This document shows positions 37,900 through 47,749 of a stretch of DNA of 52,080 nt, piece by piece. Where the stretch lies: positions 62,001-114,080 of the forward strand of contig CAXBME010000029.1 of the NCBI GenBank assembly GCA_963976765.1. Reading direction: 5' to 3'. Each line of letters starts with the position of its first letter. Position 1 is the stretch's first letter. This stretch comes from an uncultured Planctomycetaceae bacterium (GTDB taxonomy: Bacteria > Planctomycetota > Planctomycetia > Planctomycetales > Planctomycetaceae). Below the pieces are notes generated by a model that saw only the letters and a program-made list of their open reading frames with translations, had not been told where the DNA came from and searched no databases. Position numbers and translations under genes: made by a program.

Positions 37900-39507
37900 C
37901 TACGTTCGCGTTGTGGTCAGCGGGGTGTCGTAGGTTCTGCCGCCGCTGTCGTCGCCATCGAGACTGGCGTCCCAGGCGAGCTGGTAAAGTTTCTGGCCGC
38001 ACGGTGTTGGGTATTTCGTGTCGACGCAGGCCTGACACAGGCTCGAAGCTGGCAGGTCGACGCAGCGGGAGATGGCTTCCCGGGGCAGATATTTCAGGCT
38101 GTCGGCGCCGAGTCTTTCGGCCATAGTCGCTTCGACTTCCGGAGACATTTCACCGCCGTTGAGGAACTGCGGAGCAAACAGCTCGTTGATCGTCGACATG
38201 TCAATGCCGTAAAAGCACGGAGCGACGATTGGCGGGCAGGCGACTCGAACATGCAGCTCGCGAACTTTGCCTCGTTCTCGAAGTTGCGAAATGAGGGCTT
38301 TCATTGTCGTTGACCGAACGATCGTGTCTTCAACGAGAATAACTTTTTTGTTCTCAAGCACCTCTCGCAGCGGTGTGTACTTTGCGCGGACTTTTTCGGC
38401 GCGATTTCTACCTTCGATGAATGTCCGACCGATGTAGCGGTTGCGGATCAGCCCTTCGAGCGATGGTACTCCCAGGCTGTACGCCATGCTGTCGGCGGCG
38501 GCTTTGGCGGTGTCGGGGACCGGGACGACGATCGTGTCTTCGTCGATTTCGATTCCCGAAAGCTTTTCCTGAGCAGCCAGTTCTTCACCGAGAGCTTTTC
38601 TCGCAAGATAGACGCCTCTTTCGTCCAGCGTACTGGCGACGTTGGCAAAATAGATCCATTCGAAAAAGCAGTGAGCCTTGCGTGGGCTTTCGGCAAACTT
38701 CTCGATCCGAAGTTCGCCCTTTTCGATGATGATCGCGTGACCGGGTTCCAGGCTCTGGATGGCCGCATCGCTGAATCCCATGTTCGAAAGAGCGACGCTT
38801 TCGCTGGCCGCAGCAAACATGTTGTCTTCGATGGCGTAGCACATCGGTTTAATGCCGAGCGGATCGCGGGCGACGAACATATCGCCCAGAGCGTTCAGGA
38901 AGACGACGTTCCAGGCGCCGTCCAGCCGCTCAGCAAGTCGCTCCAGTACGGTGATCAGGTTGGTCTGCCCGTCAGTTTCGATTTCATGCCGCAATTCCTG
39001 AGAAAGAATGTGCATCAGAATTTCAGTGTCGGTTTCCCGGGCGAGGTGGAACGAATCGTCGGACAGGATTTCCTGCCGCAGTTCCTGGTAGTTCGAAAGC
39101 TGGCCGTTGAAGCCGAAACTGAACCATTTGGCCTTTTCGATGTGATGCCGTTCGAATGGTTGGGCATAGCTGCGGTCGTCTTTTCCGCAGGTGGCGTATC
39201 GAACGTGACCGATCGCGGCGGGGCCGGCGTACTCGGTCATCAGCTCGTCGTACACGTCGTGATGAGCCATCTGGAAAACTTCGTTGACCGATCCCACTTC
39301 TTTGTGCGTATCGATCAGCTGTTTCCGGCCGGCACAGAACGTCGTCATACCAGCGGAAAGCTGGCCGCGATTCTGTATATCGAGCAGGATTCGCGGAATC
39401 AGCCGGGATGCCTGTTCGCCTCCCTGAGCCGGCGAAAAACGACTCGGAGTGCCGTCGCCAAGGTAGTAGACCGCGGCAACTCCGCATTCGTGAAAGAGCT
39501 CTGCCAT
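37900..39507 (-). CDS. purF: Amidophosphoribosyltransferase (short propeptide, Fe-S-type cysteines)
   Basis: [46 protein letters not shown]. Confidence 0.96.
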   Translation of the reverse strand: MAELFHECGVAAVYYLGDGTPSRFSPAQGGEQASRLIPRILLDIQNRGQLSAGMTTFCAGRKQLIDTHKEVGSVNEVFQMAHHDVYDELMTEYAGPAAIGHVRYATCGKDDRSYAQPFERHHIEKAKWFSFGFNGQLSNYQELRQEILSDDSFHLARETDTEILMHILSQELRHEIETDGQTNLITVLERLAERLDGAWNVVFLNALGDMFVARDPLGIKPMCYAIEDNMFAAASESVALSNMGFSDAAIQSLEPGHAIIIEKGELRIEKFAESPRKAHCFFEWIYFANVASTLDERGVYLARKALGEELAAQEKLSGIEIDEDTIVVPVPDTAKAAADSMAYSLGVPSLEGLIRNRYIGRTFIEGRNRAEKVRAKYTPLREVLENKKVILVEDTIVRSTTMKALISQLRERGKVRELHVRVACPPIVAPCFYGIDMSTINELFAPQFLNGGEMSPEVEATMAERLGADSLKYLPREAISRCVDLPASSLCQACVDTKYPTPCGQKLYQLAWDASLDGDDSGGRTYDTPLTTTRT

Positions 39508-39564
39508 CGTGGATCCGCTCAGACATTGTGTGGGTGAGAAGGAGGCCAGAGGCCTGTCGGCGGC

Positions 39565-39593
39565 ATAGTACCGACGAGCACGTCGACTACCAA
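39565..39593 (-). promoter_or_regulatory. Candidate sigma70-like promoter for purF
   Basis: Minus strand TTGGTA-17 nt-TACTAT, about 58 nt upstream of the purF ATG. Confidence 0.4.
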
Positions 39594-39784
39594 CTGAGTC
39601 GGCAATGTCGCATTCCGGGGTGTCTCGCCGCGAATTTCTGGACGCAACTGCTTGAGTTTGCCGATTCTGACGAATGAAACAGTCGGGAAAACTCTGCGCC
39701 GCCAGTAAGCGTGTGGGCCGTGTCGTGAGGGCGTCGTCGGTTTTGGAGTCTTCTTCGACGAAATCCGGGATGGGGAGAATTCGA

Positions 39785-41077
39785 GTGGAGAATCGTCAGA
39801 TTGCAGGCCACGAGTCAGTGCGCGCGGCCATGCCGGGCAGCGAAGCGTCAACCGGCGACGGCGTGCGACTCGAAGAGGTGTCGCTGGGGGAGCGTCCGTC
39901 GACTTCCTTTATTGAGACACTGTTCCGTTCTCCTGTTTTGACGGGAGCGGCGACTGCGGGCGTCTTCTACCTTGGTTTGATCAAGGTCGTGCTGCCGCTT
40001 GTGCCGAGCTACCAGGCGTCGCTGGAAACGTTGTTTTGCGGCCATCCGCTGGCGTATGGAACGACGATTCTTTTCTGGATTGGAATGGCCGCTCTCGGAG
40101 GCAAATGGTTGTCCGTCGCGGCCGATCGCGACGCGCTGAACTGGAAGCCGGAGTTGAAGTCAGGCGGTGCGACTGCTGTTTCAAACGCGGCTTTGCTCAA
40201 CAATTCCTTCACTCGGTTGCCGGGCAAAGTCAGAGAGACGCAGCTGGCACAGCGGTTTCATGGCATTGCGAAGTTCGTTCTTGGGCGGCGGACGGCGGCT
40301 GGGCTGAGTTCTCATCTGGAATACCTCGCCGAGTTTGCGGGTGAGCAGCTCTACGGCAGTTATTCGCTTGTCCGGACGATCACCTGGGCCGTGCCGATCC
40401 TCGGATTTCTGGGAACGGTTATCGGGATCACAGCCGCGATCGAGAATCTTGATCCGGCAACGCTGGACACATCATTCAAACTGGTCGCGTCCGGGCTGGG
40501 CGTGGCTTTCGGGACGACGGCGTTGTCACTGAGCCTTTCGCTGGTGCTGGTCTTCTTTTCGGCCTTTGTCGAGAAGGCCCAGAAGTCGGTGCTGGCCGAT
40601 GTTGAGACACTCGCACTGGACCTGGTCACGAACTTCTTTCCTGAGGAAGAGCAGGCGGCGAGTCCTCTGGTTGAGGCAGAGTCGGCGGCGGCGAGTCGGA
40701 TTCTTGAACAGACCGAAGCATTGCTGGCAAGACACGTGTCGCTGTGGGAGTCGAACCTCGGCGAGCTCCGAACCAGTTGGGGCGAAACTTTGCTGCGGCA
40801 TCAGAGCGAGCTGGAATCTTCGCTCAGCACGGCGGTGTCACAGACGCTGGCCGGGTGTCGAGACTCGCTTTCACATCAGACATCTGCTCAGAAAGTGCTG
40901 GCCGAATCGCTCGATCAATTGTCGGTCAGCCAGCGTCAACTTGCCGAGACTCAGCACGCGATCATTGACCGACTCGAGAACGACAACTCAACGGCCTCGC
41001 TGGATGAAACGCTGCACACGCTCAGCGCAGCCGTCCACTTGCTGACTTCGAGAGTGAGTTCTTCGAAGGCAGCGTGA
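39785..41077 (+). CDS. MotA/TolQ/ExbB proton-channel family protein with extended helical C-terminal tail
   Basis: [15 protein letters not shown] and GL.VAF.TTAL TM motifs; GGGGAG before GTG 39785 (ORF track starts at 39674). Confidence 0.88.
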   Translation: MENRQIAGHESVRAAMPGSEASTGDGVRLEEVSLGERPSTSFIETLFRSPVLTGAATAGVFYLGLIKVVLPLVPSYQASLETLFCGHPLAYGTTILFWIGMAALGGKWLSVAADRDALNWKPELKSGGATAVSNAALLNNSFTRLPGKVRETQLAQRFHGIAKFVLGRRTAAGLSSHLEYLAEFAGEQLYGSYSLVRTITWAVPILGFLGTVIGITAAIENLDPATLDTSFKLVASGLGVAFGTTALSLSLSLVLVFFSAFVEKAQKSVLADVETLALDLVTNFFPEEEQAASPLVEAESAAASRILEQTEALLARHVSLWESNLGELRTSWGETLLRHQSELESSLSTAVSQTLAGCRDSLSHQTSAQKVLAESLDQLSVSQRQLAETQHAIIDRLENDNSTASLDETLHTLSAAVHLLTSRVSSSKAA

Positions 41078-41093
41078 TCTCACACTCGATTCT

Positions 41094-41206
41094 GGCGGGC
41101 CCAGGTTGCTTGCAACCTGGGCGGCGAAGCCACTGGGAATGTTGTCGCTTAACCTGGAATTCTCTTGTTGCTGCGCGACACGGGTTGCAAGCAACCCGTG
41201 CCACCC
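41094..41206. repeat. About 113-bp inverted-repeat element (REPIN/MITE-like), family B, copy 2
   Basis: cccaggttgcttgcaacctggg-cggcgaagcc ... tctcttgttgctgcgcga-cacgggttgcaagcaacccgtgccaccc. Confidence 0.8.
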
Positions 41207-41250
41207 GAGTACGAAGTCTCATAACAAACTAACCACTGAGAGTTCATCCG

Positions 41251-43758
41251 ATGGCCCGTTCACAACGGACATCAAATCCTGTCACGCTGTTCCCGTTCCT
41301 GGCCGTGCTGCTGTGCACGATCGGGGCGCTGGTCCTGATGCTCGTTGTTGTTTCCGCAGGAATTCGAAAAGATGCCGTCGAGACTGCAAAGCAAAAACAC
41401 AAAACTCAGGTTGACGATGAGCTGCCAGAGCAATCCGAACCGCCACTGTCGATCGGCGATGCCGTCTCCGGGGCTCGGCTTGATGATGCGACGGCCTCAG
41501 CGGATGAGTTAGCAACGCAGGCTGAGTCGCAAGACCGAAAGCCCATCGAGCCACTCTTCGCGAAAGAGCCGCCTCCATCGTTGATTGAAATTGCACCGCC
41601 TCGAAAACTGAAAGAGATCGCTGATCTCGAACAGGCAGCACGCAAACTGGAAGCCGACGTCGCGGCCCGGGCACAGCGGCTGCAAAGCGTGAACGTAAAG
41701 ACGCACGCTCTGAAGAAGCAGTTGCAAACGGTGAAGGCTCAGCAGGCCGATCTTCAACTGGCAATCATCCGAACCGCCAATCAGCGAGCGAAGCTGGAAG
41801 AATCTGCCGGTGAGCTGCGGGTCGAGAATCAGCAGATCATCGAATGGCTGGACGAGTCGCGGAAACTGATCGACGAGCACAAGCATCAGCTCGTGAGTCC
41901 AGTGCATTCGATCGTGCCGTACGACGGCCAGACGGGAACAGTACGGCGGCCGATTATCATCGAATGTGAAGATGACGTCGTGCGGTTTGAAGCTGAGCAG
42001 GTCGAGATTCCGATTTCCATCCTGCAGAAATTCAGCCCGGAACAGAATCCGCTGGCATCGGGCGTCGAAGCGTTGTTTCGTTACTGGATGGCGAAGGAAC
42101 AGATTGCCGATCCGCGGCGGCAATCACGAAGGCCCTACGCGCTGATCCTGGTTCGTCCTTCCGGCGCCGAAGCGTTTTCGACGGCGGTTTTTGCACTGGA
42201 CCAGATGGTTGGTGATTTCGGTTACGAGCTGGTCGAGACCGACTTTCTGTACGAAGTTCCGGAAACAACAGTCGACGCAGTTCGGGAATGTCGCGCGGCG
42301 GTTGAAGCCGAGATTCGTCGCGGGCCGATCCGCTCACGGCGAGCGCTGGATCCTCAGGGGCCGATTGATATCGCGCGAGTTGCTCGCGGTCCGGTGGCGT
42401 CGCGAGGTTTTTTCAGTAGCTCGGATTTTCGAAATCGGAAAACTGACGGAGCGGTGGATGACAAAGAGAGCGGCGACGGTCAGGGAGTGGGGGACTCAGT
42501 CGTAGCAGGGCTTGACCGAAATCAAGGCGAGTCGGTCGCCGCTGCGGCAGCTCGACGAGAGGCTCAGGCGAAGGCGGCAACTGAACGTGCTCGCGAGCTG
42601 TTGAGTGGTCGAGGAGCTGAAGCGGCAAGCCTGCTCAACAAGGGGACTCCCAGTCGTTTCGAAGAAACCAGAGCGGCTGTTCTTGCTGAGGCTGCACGTG
42701 TCGAAGCAGAATTGCGAAGCAGCCTCGAAGCGACCGGCCAGGGCGGTTTGCCGGATTCTTTCAGGCAGGAGCTGGTCGCCAGAAGCGAAAATGGTGGTCA
42801 GGTCGAGAATCCACTTGTCGGACCATCTGGAAACGAAAAATCGAGACTTCCCGGTAATTCGGCTGCGGCGGTATCAGGTGCTGATGCGCCATCCAACGTT
42901 GCCGATGGTATGGGGCAGGGCCGGGAAGATCGTCAACGCGGTCTGTCTCCGGGGCGTGCGGTGGCGAACGATCCTCCGCGCTGGACTGGGAGTTCTGACG
43001 ACCGACCGGCCGTTGGCACGGGGCAAGCGGTCGGTCAGGCCGAGCGTGACGGGGAGATCGGCTCAGGTATCGAATCCGGCATGGGATCCGGAGACGGTAG
43101 TGTCTCACAGCGTGGCGATGCATCGACTGAGCGCGACGAAAAATCCAGCCGCGGCGGTAATGGTAAATCGGACCGCGGGCCAGGATCAGGTGATTCGTCT
43201 CAGCAGGCACCGGACATGTCTCGCGCCGCCGACGTTTCGCCGGGAAGACGGCCGACTCAAGGACAGACAGTTAACAAGCGAACCGCTTCAGACGGACAGG
43301 AAATCAGTTCGCTGCTGAACGGTTCGACCGATGGGGCGGCAGGAAGTGCTACGTCGGCTTCGTCCGGTGGTGAAGGGACGCCAGTTGCGGCAAATGGGCC
43401 GTCGATCCCCATGTTGTCCCGGTCAAACCAGATTCAGTCCCGGAAGATTCAACGCCGCTGGGGACGCAGTCACCCGGACGCGTCGCTCGGGCTGGAAAAG
43501 GTGGTCGAAGTGCGGATCGAATCGGGTCGGGTTGTCGTAGGGGATCAGTTTCAAGTGACTCGGACGGCTGAGCGTTCAGAAGCGGAGATTGTCAAGCTGA
43601 CGATTCAGACTATCGAACATCTGGCGAATCAGTGGGGGTTCCCGCCGCCGAGATTCTATTGGGTTCCTTCTGTGCGACTGGTGTTTGATACGGAAGAGGC
43701 CCGGCTGGGGAAAATGCTGGAAGACGCAGTGGAGGACGCGGGAGCGGCTTTGGAATAG
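41251..43758 (+). CDS. Giant single-TM ExbD/TolR-like protein: coiled coil, alpha/beta domain, long Gly/Ser/Asp linker and second C-terminal domain
   Basis: N-terminal PVTLFPFLAVLLCTIGALVLMLVVV resembles the ExbD TM segment but has Ala at the Asp position; lies after the MotA/TolQ gene. Confidence 0.62.
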   Translation: MARSQRTSNPVTLFPFLAVLLCTIGALVLMLVVVSAGIRKDAVETAKQKHKTQVDDELPEQSEPPLSIGDAVSGARLDDATASADELATQAESQDRKPIEPLFAKEPPPSLIEIAPPRKLKEIADLEQAARKLEADVAARAQRLQSVNVKTHALKKQLQTVKAQQADLQLAIIRTANQRAKLEESAGELRVENQQIIEWLDESRKLIDEHKHQLVSPVHSIVPYDGQTGTVRRPIIIECEDDVVRFEAEQVEIPISILQKFSPEQNPLASGVEALFRYWMAKEQIADPRRQSRRPYALILVRPSGAEAFSTAVFALDQMVGDFGYELVETDFLYEVPETTVDAVRECRAAVEAEIRRGPIRSRRALDPQGPIDIARVARGPVASRGFFSSSDFRNRKTDGAVDDKESGDGQGVGDSVVAGLDRNQGESVAAAAARREAQAKAATERARELLSGRGAEAASLLNKGTPSRFEETRAAVLAEAARVEAELRSSLEATGQGGLPDSFRQELVARSENGGQVENPLVGPSGNEKSRLPGNSAAAVSGADAPSNVADGMGQGREDRQRGLSPGRAVANDPPRWTGSSDDRPAVGTGQAVGQAERDGEIGSGIESGMGSGDGSVSQRGDASTERDEKSSRGGNGKSDRGPGSGDSSQQAPDMSRAADVSPGRRPTQGQTVNKRTASDGQEISSLLNGSTDGAAGSATSASSGGEGTPVAANGPSIPMLSRSNQIQSRKIQRRWGRSHPDASLGLEKVVEVRIESGRVVVGDQFQVTRTAERSEAEIVKLTIQTIEHLANQWGFPPPRFYWVPSVRLVFDTEEARLGKMLEDAVEDAGAALE

Positions 43759-43781
43759 TTGGCGATTAAGGAAGCAGATGA

Positions 43782-44960
43782 ATGCGCGGTCGAGTTGGTC
43801 GAGGCGATCCTGATTTCGGGTCGGACTCGTTTCTGGACATCATTGCGAACCTGGTCGGAATTCTTGTGATTCTGATCGTGCTGGCCGGCCTGCGCGCGGC
43901 GCAGGTTTCGGATGAGCCTGATGTCTCCGACGTGGTCGCCGAGTCGACTGAATCATCAAACGCTCCCAATCAGAATTTGTCAGCCTCAGAGCCAATTGCC
44001 AGGTCACCAGAGCCGGTACGGTTGCCGTATGTCGCCTCACCTGTCGAGAAGCCTGAGTCGCGAATTTTGCCCGCCCCTGAAGCGACTCTGGGAGACGATG
44101 CTGTGCCGTTGCAGATTGCAGAATCGCAGCGGCAGGAGTTGCTTGGAATTGTTAAAGGTCTGGAAGCTCGACTGGCGACGTTGCCCGTTGACAGAGCGAT
44201 GGCCGATCTGAAAGCAGTCCAGTCTGAGCTGGCGGCAGTCGCCGGGCAGCTGCCAGGACTGCAACAACGACTCGCGCAGGAAGATGCTGTACGCCGTCGA
44301 TCGCTCATTGAAGCATCCGGGTTCGATGCCGAGTATCAGGCGTTGCGAAAGCAGCTTGTCGAAGTCAATCAGACGTTCGAGGAGTTGAAGACTGCCGAGC
44401 GTCCGGTAAAAGAATTCGAGTTACGCATCAATCCCGTGGGCCGCCGCAGCCGCGGAGAAGAGTTGCTGTTTCGAATTGAGAATGGTCGGCTGGTGCATCT
44501 GCCAGCCGCGGAGTTGTTCGCAAAAGCAGAACTTCAATCCGGTCGGCTGACGCCAATGACGGCAGCGTCTGATCCTGAAGCCGGAACCGTCGGGCCGATT
44601 GGCGGTGTCACTCTGGACTATGAGTCGCAAGTTATCGCGACAATGGTGCCGACGTCGTCGGGATCGTCAACGTACGCTCTCCGCAAGCTGATGCGCGGGA
44701 CACTGCGAGTGACTCGGCTGTCTTCCACTGATGACTGGGAGAAGTCGATTGAAGACCGCGGAGTTGTGTCGCGATTGATGTTCGCCGCGCCTCCAAATGC
44801 ATTCGCGAGAATTTTCGTGACTCCCGACAGTTTCGAAGCTGCTCGTCGCGTCGCGGCCTTTATCCGCACGCTGGGGCACGGCGTTGCCACGATGCCGATT
44901 GAGCCAGGGACGGACATCAAGCTGACTTATGGGAACGGCTCGGACGCACTGGTTCAGTAG
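43782..44960 (+). CDS. Single-TM ExbD/TolR-like coiled-coil protein
   Basis: N-terminal DSFLDIIANLVGILVILIVLAG with TM Asp19; coiled coil; C-terminal alpha/beta domain (ARIFVTPDSFEAARRV); 23 nt after the previous gene. Confidence 0.65.
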   Translation: MRGRVGRGDPDFGSDSFLDIIANLVGILVILIVLAGLRAAQVSDEPDVSDVVAESTESSNAPNQNLSASEPIARSPEPVRLPYVASPVEKPESRILPAPEATLGDDAVPLQIAESQRQELLGIVKGLEARLATLPVDRAMADLKAVQSELAAVAGQLPGLQQRLAQEDAVRRRSLIEASGFDAEYQALRKQLVEVNQTFEELKTAERPVKEFELRINPVGRRSRGEELLFRIENGRLVHLPAAELFAKAELQSGRLTPMTAASDPEAGTVGPIGGVTLDYESQVIATMVPTSSGSSTYALRKLMRGTLRVTRLSSTDDWEKSIEDRGVVSRLMFAAPPNAFARIFVTPDSFEAARRVAAFIRTLGHGVATMPIEPGTDIKLTYGNGSDALVQ

Positions 44961-45303
44961 TCGCGGCAATTGTTCCAGATCAGCAGTTCTCACTCAGACG
45001 ACGGCACGCTTGCTTCCGCACTCGTCGCGTCATCGATGCGGGAGAAGTCGGTTGCTTGGCGCGGCGGCGAAATTCGTCCAGGCTTCGTTTTGGCCGTTCG
45101 GTCATTGATCATATCTTACGAGTATTTCATTCATCACCGTCGGAGTGCCTTCTTTATTTCCTGGGTTACTGAGTGTCGTGTCGGTCGATCATGCGTCGAC
45201 CGTTCCTTCGATCAGAGGACCAGGGGCACGGACGGAAGGCAGATTGAGTTCGACAGAGTACACTGGTGGAACCAGTCGTTTTCGTCGTCGAGGGAGCACG
45301 GCA

Positions 45304-45633
45304 GTGAGTAACGTACGCCTGACAAACAAAGATGATTCGTACGTCATCGCCGTTGATTTCTGGAGCGAAGTGCTGGACTGGGCCGAGGACAACGGCTGGA
45401 CACCAGAGCACGAATCGATCTGCTACCGCGGCCAGATGGAGCTTTCTGTTGGCCATGAAGACGCGATCAATCTTGCAGATTCTCTGGAATTCATCGCTGG
45501 CGACATCGTGCTGCACGAATATGAAGTTCCCGACCAGTTTCTGCGGCATCTGCTGGACAGCCTGCTGAAGCTCTCCGTGTTTTTTCAGGTGGGTGAGTTT
45601 CGCATTCTTCCTCAGGCCAAAACCGAATTCTGA
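45304..45633 (+). CDS. Small acidic hypothetical protein
   Basis: GGGAG RBS before GTG 45304; globular-looking composition (W..A...GW.P). Confidence 0.65.
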   Translation: MSNVRLTNKDDSYVIAVDFWSEVLDWAEDNGWTPEHESICYRGQMELSVGHEDAINLADSLEFIAGDIVLHEYEVPDQFLRHLLDSLLKLSVFFQVGEFRILPQAKTEF

Positions 45634-45667
45634 AAACTCGTCGTTCGTGATTCGGAGTCAACGATTC

Positions 45668-46654
45668 ATGTCACCATCAATTGACCGTCGTGAGTTTCTG
45701 AAAGCCTCTGCTGCTGCCGGAGTGTCATTGGCCTTGTCGGACGCAGCTTCGTCAGCCGTCGCCGCTGGTGGAGCCGTCAATCAGGGCACCATTCCGGTCT
45801 GCGATACTCACCTGCATCTCTGGGATCTGGAAAAGTTCAGGTTGCCCTGGCTTTCGAGCGAGGGTGTGCAGTCGATCAATCGAAGCTTTGTGATGAAGGA
45901 TTACCTGAAGGCAACCGCAAAGCACAACGTCGCCAAAGCGGTTTACATGGAAGTGAATGTCGCTCCGGAGCTGCAGACGAAAGAGGCGAAATACGTGCTC
46001 GCCCTGTGCGAACGGGACGACAACCCGATGGTCGGAGCAGTAATCGGAGGCTCGCCGCAGTCAGCGGATTTCAAAGCGTACGTTGAGAACCTGGCCGGCA
46101 CCCCGCATCTCAAAGGAGTTCGCACCGTACTGCACGATGACGATCGTCCGAAGGGAATGTGTTTGCAGCCTCAGTTTGTCGAGAATATCAAACTCCTCGG
46201 CGAGCACGGCCTGAGGTACGACCTTTGCATGCGACCGGACGATTTGCTCGATGGGGCTAAGCTGGCGGAGAAGTGTCCGAATACGCAGTTCGTACTCGAC
46301 CATTGCGGAAACCTGAGCGTTCAGAATGACGACGCCAAGTTGCGAGCGAAATGGGAAAAAGGAATCAGGGAACTGGCTGGACTGCCGAACGTGATGTGCA
46401 AGATTTCGGGCATCATTGTGACGGCTGATCGAGAAAACTGGACGGCGGCGGACCTCGCTCCCAACATGAACTTCTGCATGGACACGTTTGGCGAAGACCG
46501 CGTGATGTTTGCTGGCGACTGGCCGGTCTGCACGCTGACAGCTCCGTTCGGCGGCTGGCTGGGAGCATTGAAAGAAATCGTAAAAGGCCGCTCGAAACGC
46601 TTCCAGCACAAGCTCTTTCACGACAACGCGGTGCGATTCTACGGGCTGAGCTGA
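45668..46654 (+). CDS. Tat-exported amidohydrolase_2 family protein (lactonase-like)
   Basis: DRREFLK Tat motif; DTHLHLW, LKGVR, FVLDHCG, CKISG, FG.DRVMF.GDWPV, NA.RFY. Confidence 0.9.
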   Translation: MSPSIDRREFLKASAAAGVSLALSDAASSAVAAGGAVNQGTIPVCDTHLHLWDLEKFRLPWLSSEGVQSINRSFVMKDYLKATAKHNVAKAVYMEVNVAPELQTKEAKYVLALCERDDNPMVGAVIGGSPQSADFKAYVENLAGTPHLKGVRTVLHDDDRPKGMCLQPQFVENIKLLGEHGLRYDLCMRPDDLLDGAKLAEKCPNTQFVLDHCGNLSVQNDDAKLRAKWEKGIRELAGLPNVMCKISGIIVTADRENWTAADLAPNMNFCMDTFGEDRVMFAGDWPVCTLTAPFGGWLGALKEIVKGRSKRFQHKLFHDNAVRFYGLS

Positions 46655-46657
46655 ACC

Positions 46658-46856
46658 GTGGACGACATTTTCGAAGCGATCCTGCGTGGACTTTTCGAGA
46701 TCGTCATCGAGGTACTGAGTAAAAGGGCCGGGCTACGTAATTCTCAGGTTGTTCAGTTCACGATCAGAAACAGATCCTGACGGTTGTCTGATATTTGTTG
46801 TTGGCTGCCTGTTCTGGACCGTGGTTGTTTTCCTGGCCTGGTTTACTCTTCAGTAG
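46658..46856 (+). pseudogene. Frameshifted small membrane protein gene (about 65 aa), not in the ORF track
   Basis: GTG 46658 gives MDDIFEAILRGLFEIVIEVL; skipping one base near 46718 continues VKGPGYVILRLFSSRSETDPDGCLIFVVGCLFWTVVVFLAWFTLQ* to TAG 46856. Confidence 0.55.
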
Positions 46857-47041
46857 CGCTTCCTGCAGAATATTGCTTCGAAGTCGATGCCTGAAGGCGT
46901 TTTCAGTGGTGGGAACGGTGTTCTCTGCGAAGCGACAGACGCGTTAGTCATGCTGGATTCGGACATCGGCGTTTGCTAGTCTTCGCGGCGCAATTTGCCT
47001 TCGGGTAACGATTTACAGTGGAAAACTCAGGAACGGCATTT

Positions 47042-47545
47042 ATGTCTACGGCGATTATTGGAGTTTCGGCCAGCAGCGAAACGGAAATCAGGTCGAAGTA
47101 CCCGTCCATTGCATCTATGGCTTTGGGACGCTTCCTTGGCAGTTTCTACGAGTCAATTCCCATTCGAATCTGGGGCATCAAGCTGTCGAACCTTCTGTTT
47201 GTGCTGCCAACGGCTCCGCTCGGCGTTTTGCTCTACGCATTGAACAAGATTCTCGGCGAGCGTTATGTTCTGACCAATCGGTCGGTTCAACGATGGGCGG
47301 TGATCGGACTTCGACAGTTTCAGTCAGTCACTCTGACCGACGTTGCAGAGATCGAGTATGTCCAGGAACCTGGTCAGGAATATTACCACGCAGGTAACCT
47401 CATCCTGAAAAATTCCAAGGGCGATCCTGTTATGAAAATTCGCGGCGTTAAAGATGCCGACGTCTTCCGTCAGGTCATTGAGAAAGCTCGCGACGCTCGC
47501 ATCGGTGCCGAAACATCGCTCGCTGCAATTGAAGCCCGGGCGTAA
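47042..47545 (+). CDS. Bacterial PH-domain (bPH_2-like) membrane protein
   Basis: TM segment followed by RYVLTNR.V..., V.L.DV.EI...Q.PGQ.....GNL.L...I.GV. Confidence 0.72.
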   Translation: MSTAIIGVSASSETEIRSKYPSIASMALGRFLGSFYESIPIRIWGIKLSNLLFVLPTAPLGVLLYALNKILGERYVLTNRSVQRWAVIGLRQFQSVTLTDVAEIEYVQEPGQEYYHAGNLILKNSKGDPVMKIRGVKDADVFRQVIEKARDARIGAETSLAAIEARA

Positions 47546-47610
47546 GCCGGTTTTCTGAAGGACGATTCTTACCGGCGGCGAAGCTTCATTGCTCAGCAGT
47601 CAGGTTTACA

Positions 47611-47655
47611 AAAAAATAGAAGCGGCCAGCTTGTTTCGAGCTGGCCGCTTTTTTT
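47611..47655. terminator. Bidirectional rho-independent terminator between the convergent PH-domain gene and glmS
   Basis: A-tract, perfect 12-bp stem aagcggccagct/agctggccgctt with 7-nt loop, then T-tract. Confidence 0.88.
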
Positions 47656-47680
47656 GCAGGCTTGGTCGACCGATATCAGT

Positions 47681-47740
47681 GCAGGGTGTGTCTTGACGCA
47701 CCACTTTTGTCACCCTGTGGTGCGTCAAGACACACCCTGC
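47681..47740. repeat. REP-doublet palindrome, family A, copy 2
   Basis: Perfect 24-bp inverted repeat gcagggtgtgtcttgacgcaccac with a 12-nt spacer; each arm is itself hairpin-forming. Confidence 0.9.
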
Positions 47741-47749
47741 GGTTCCTGC

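Noticed and set aside
39785..44960. Canonical Zorya defence system or flagellar MotAB
   Set aside because: No OmpA/peptidoglycan-binding domain in the B-like subunits, and no zorC/D/E or flagellar genes nearby
46716..46718. In-frame TGA before the TM half of the small ORF as a Sec readthrough
   Set aside because: That frame upstream is not protein-like; the frameshift explanation gives a much more coherent protein
37695..47740. Palindromic repeats as a CRISPR array
   Set aside because: They are dispersed doublets without regularly spaced repeat-spacer units, and no cas genes are present
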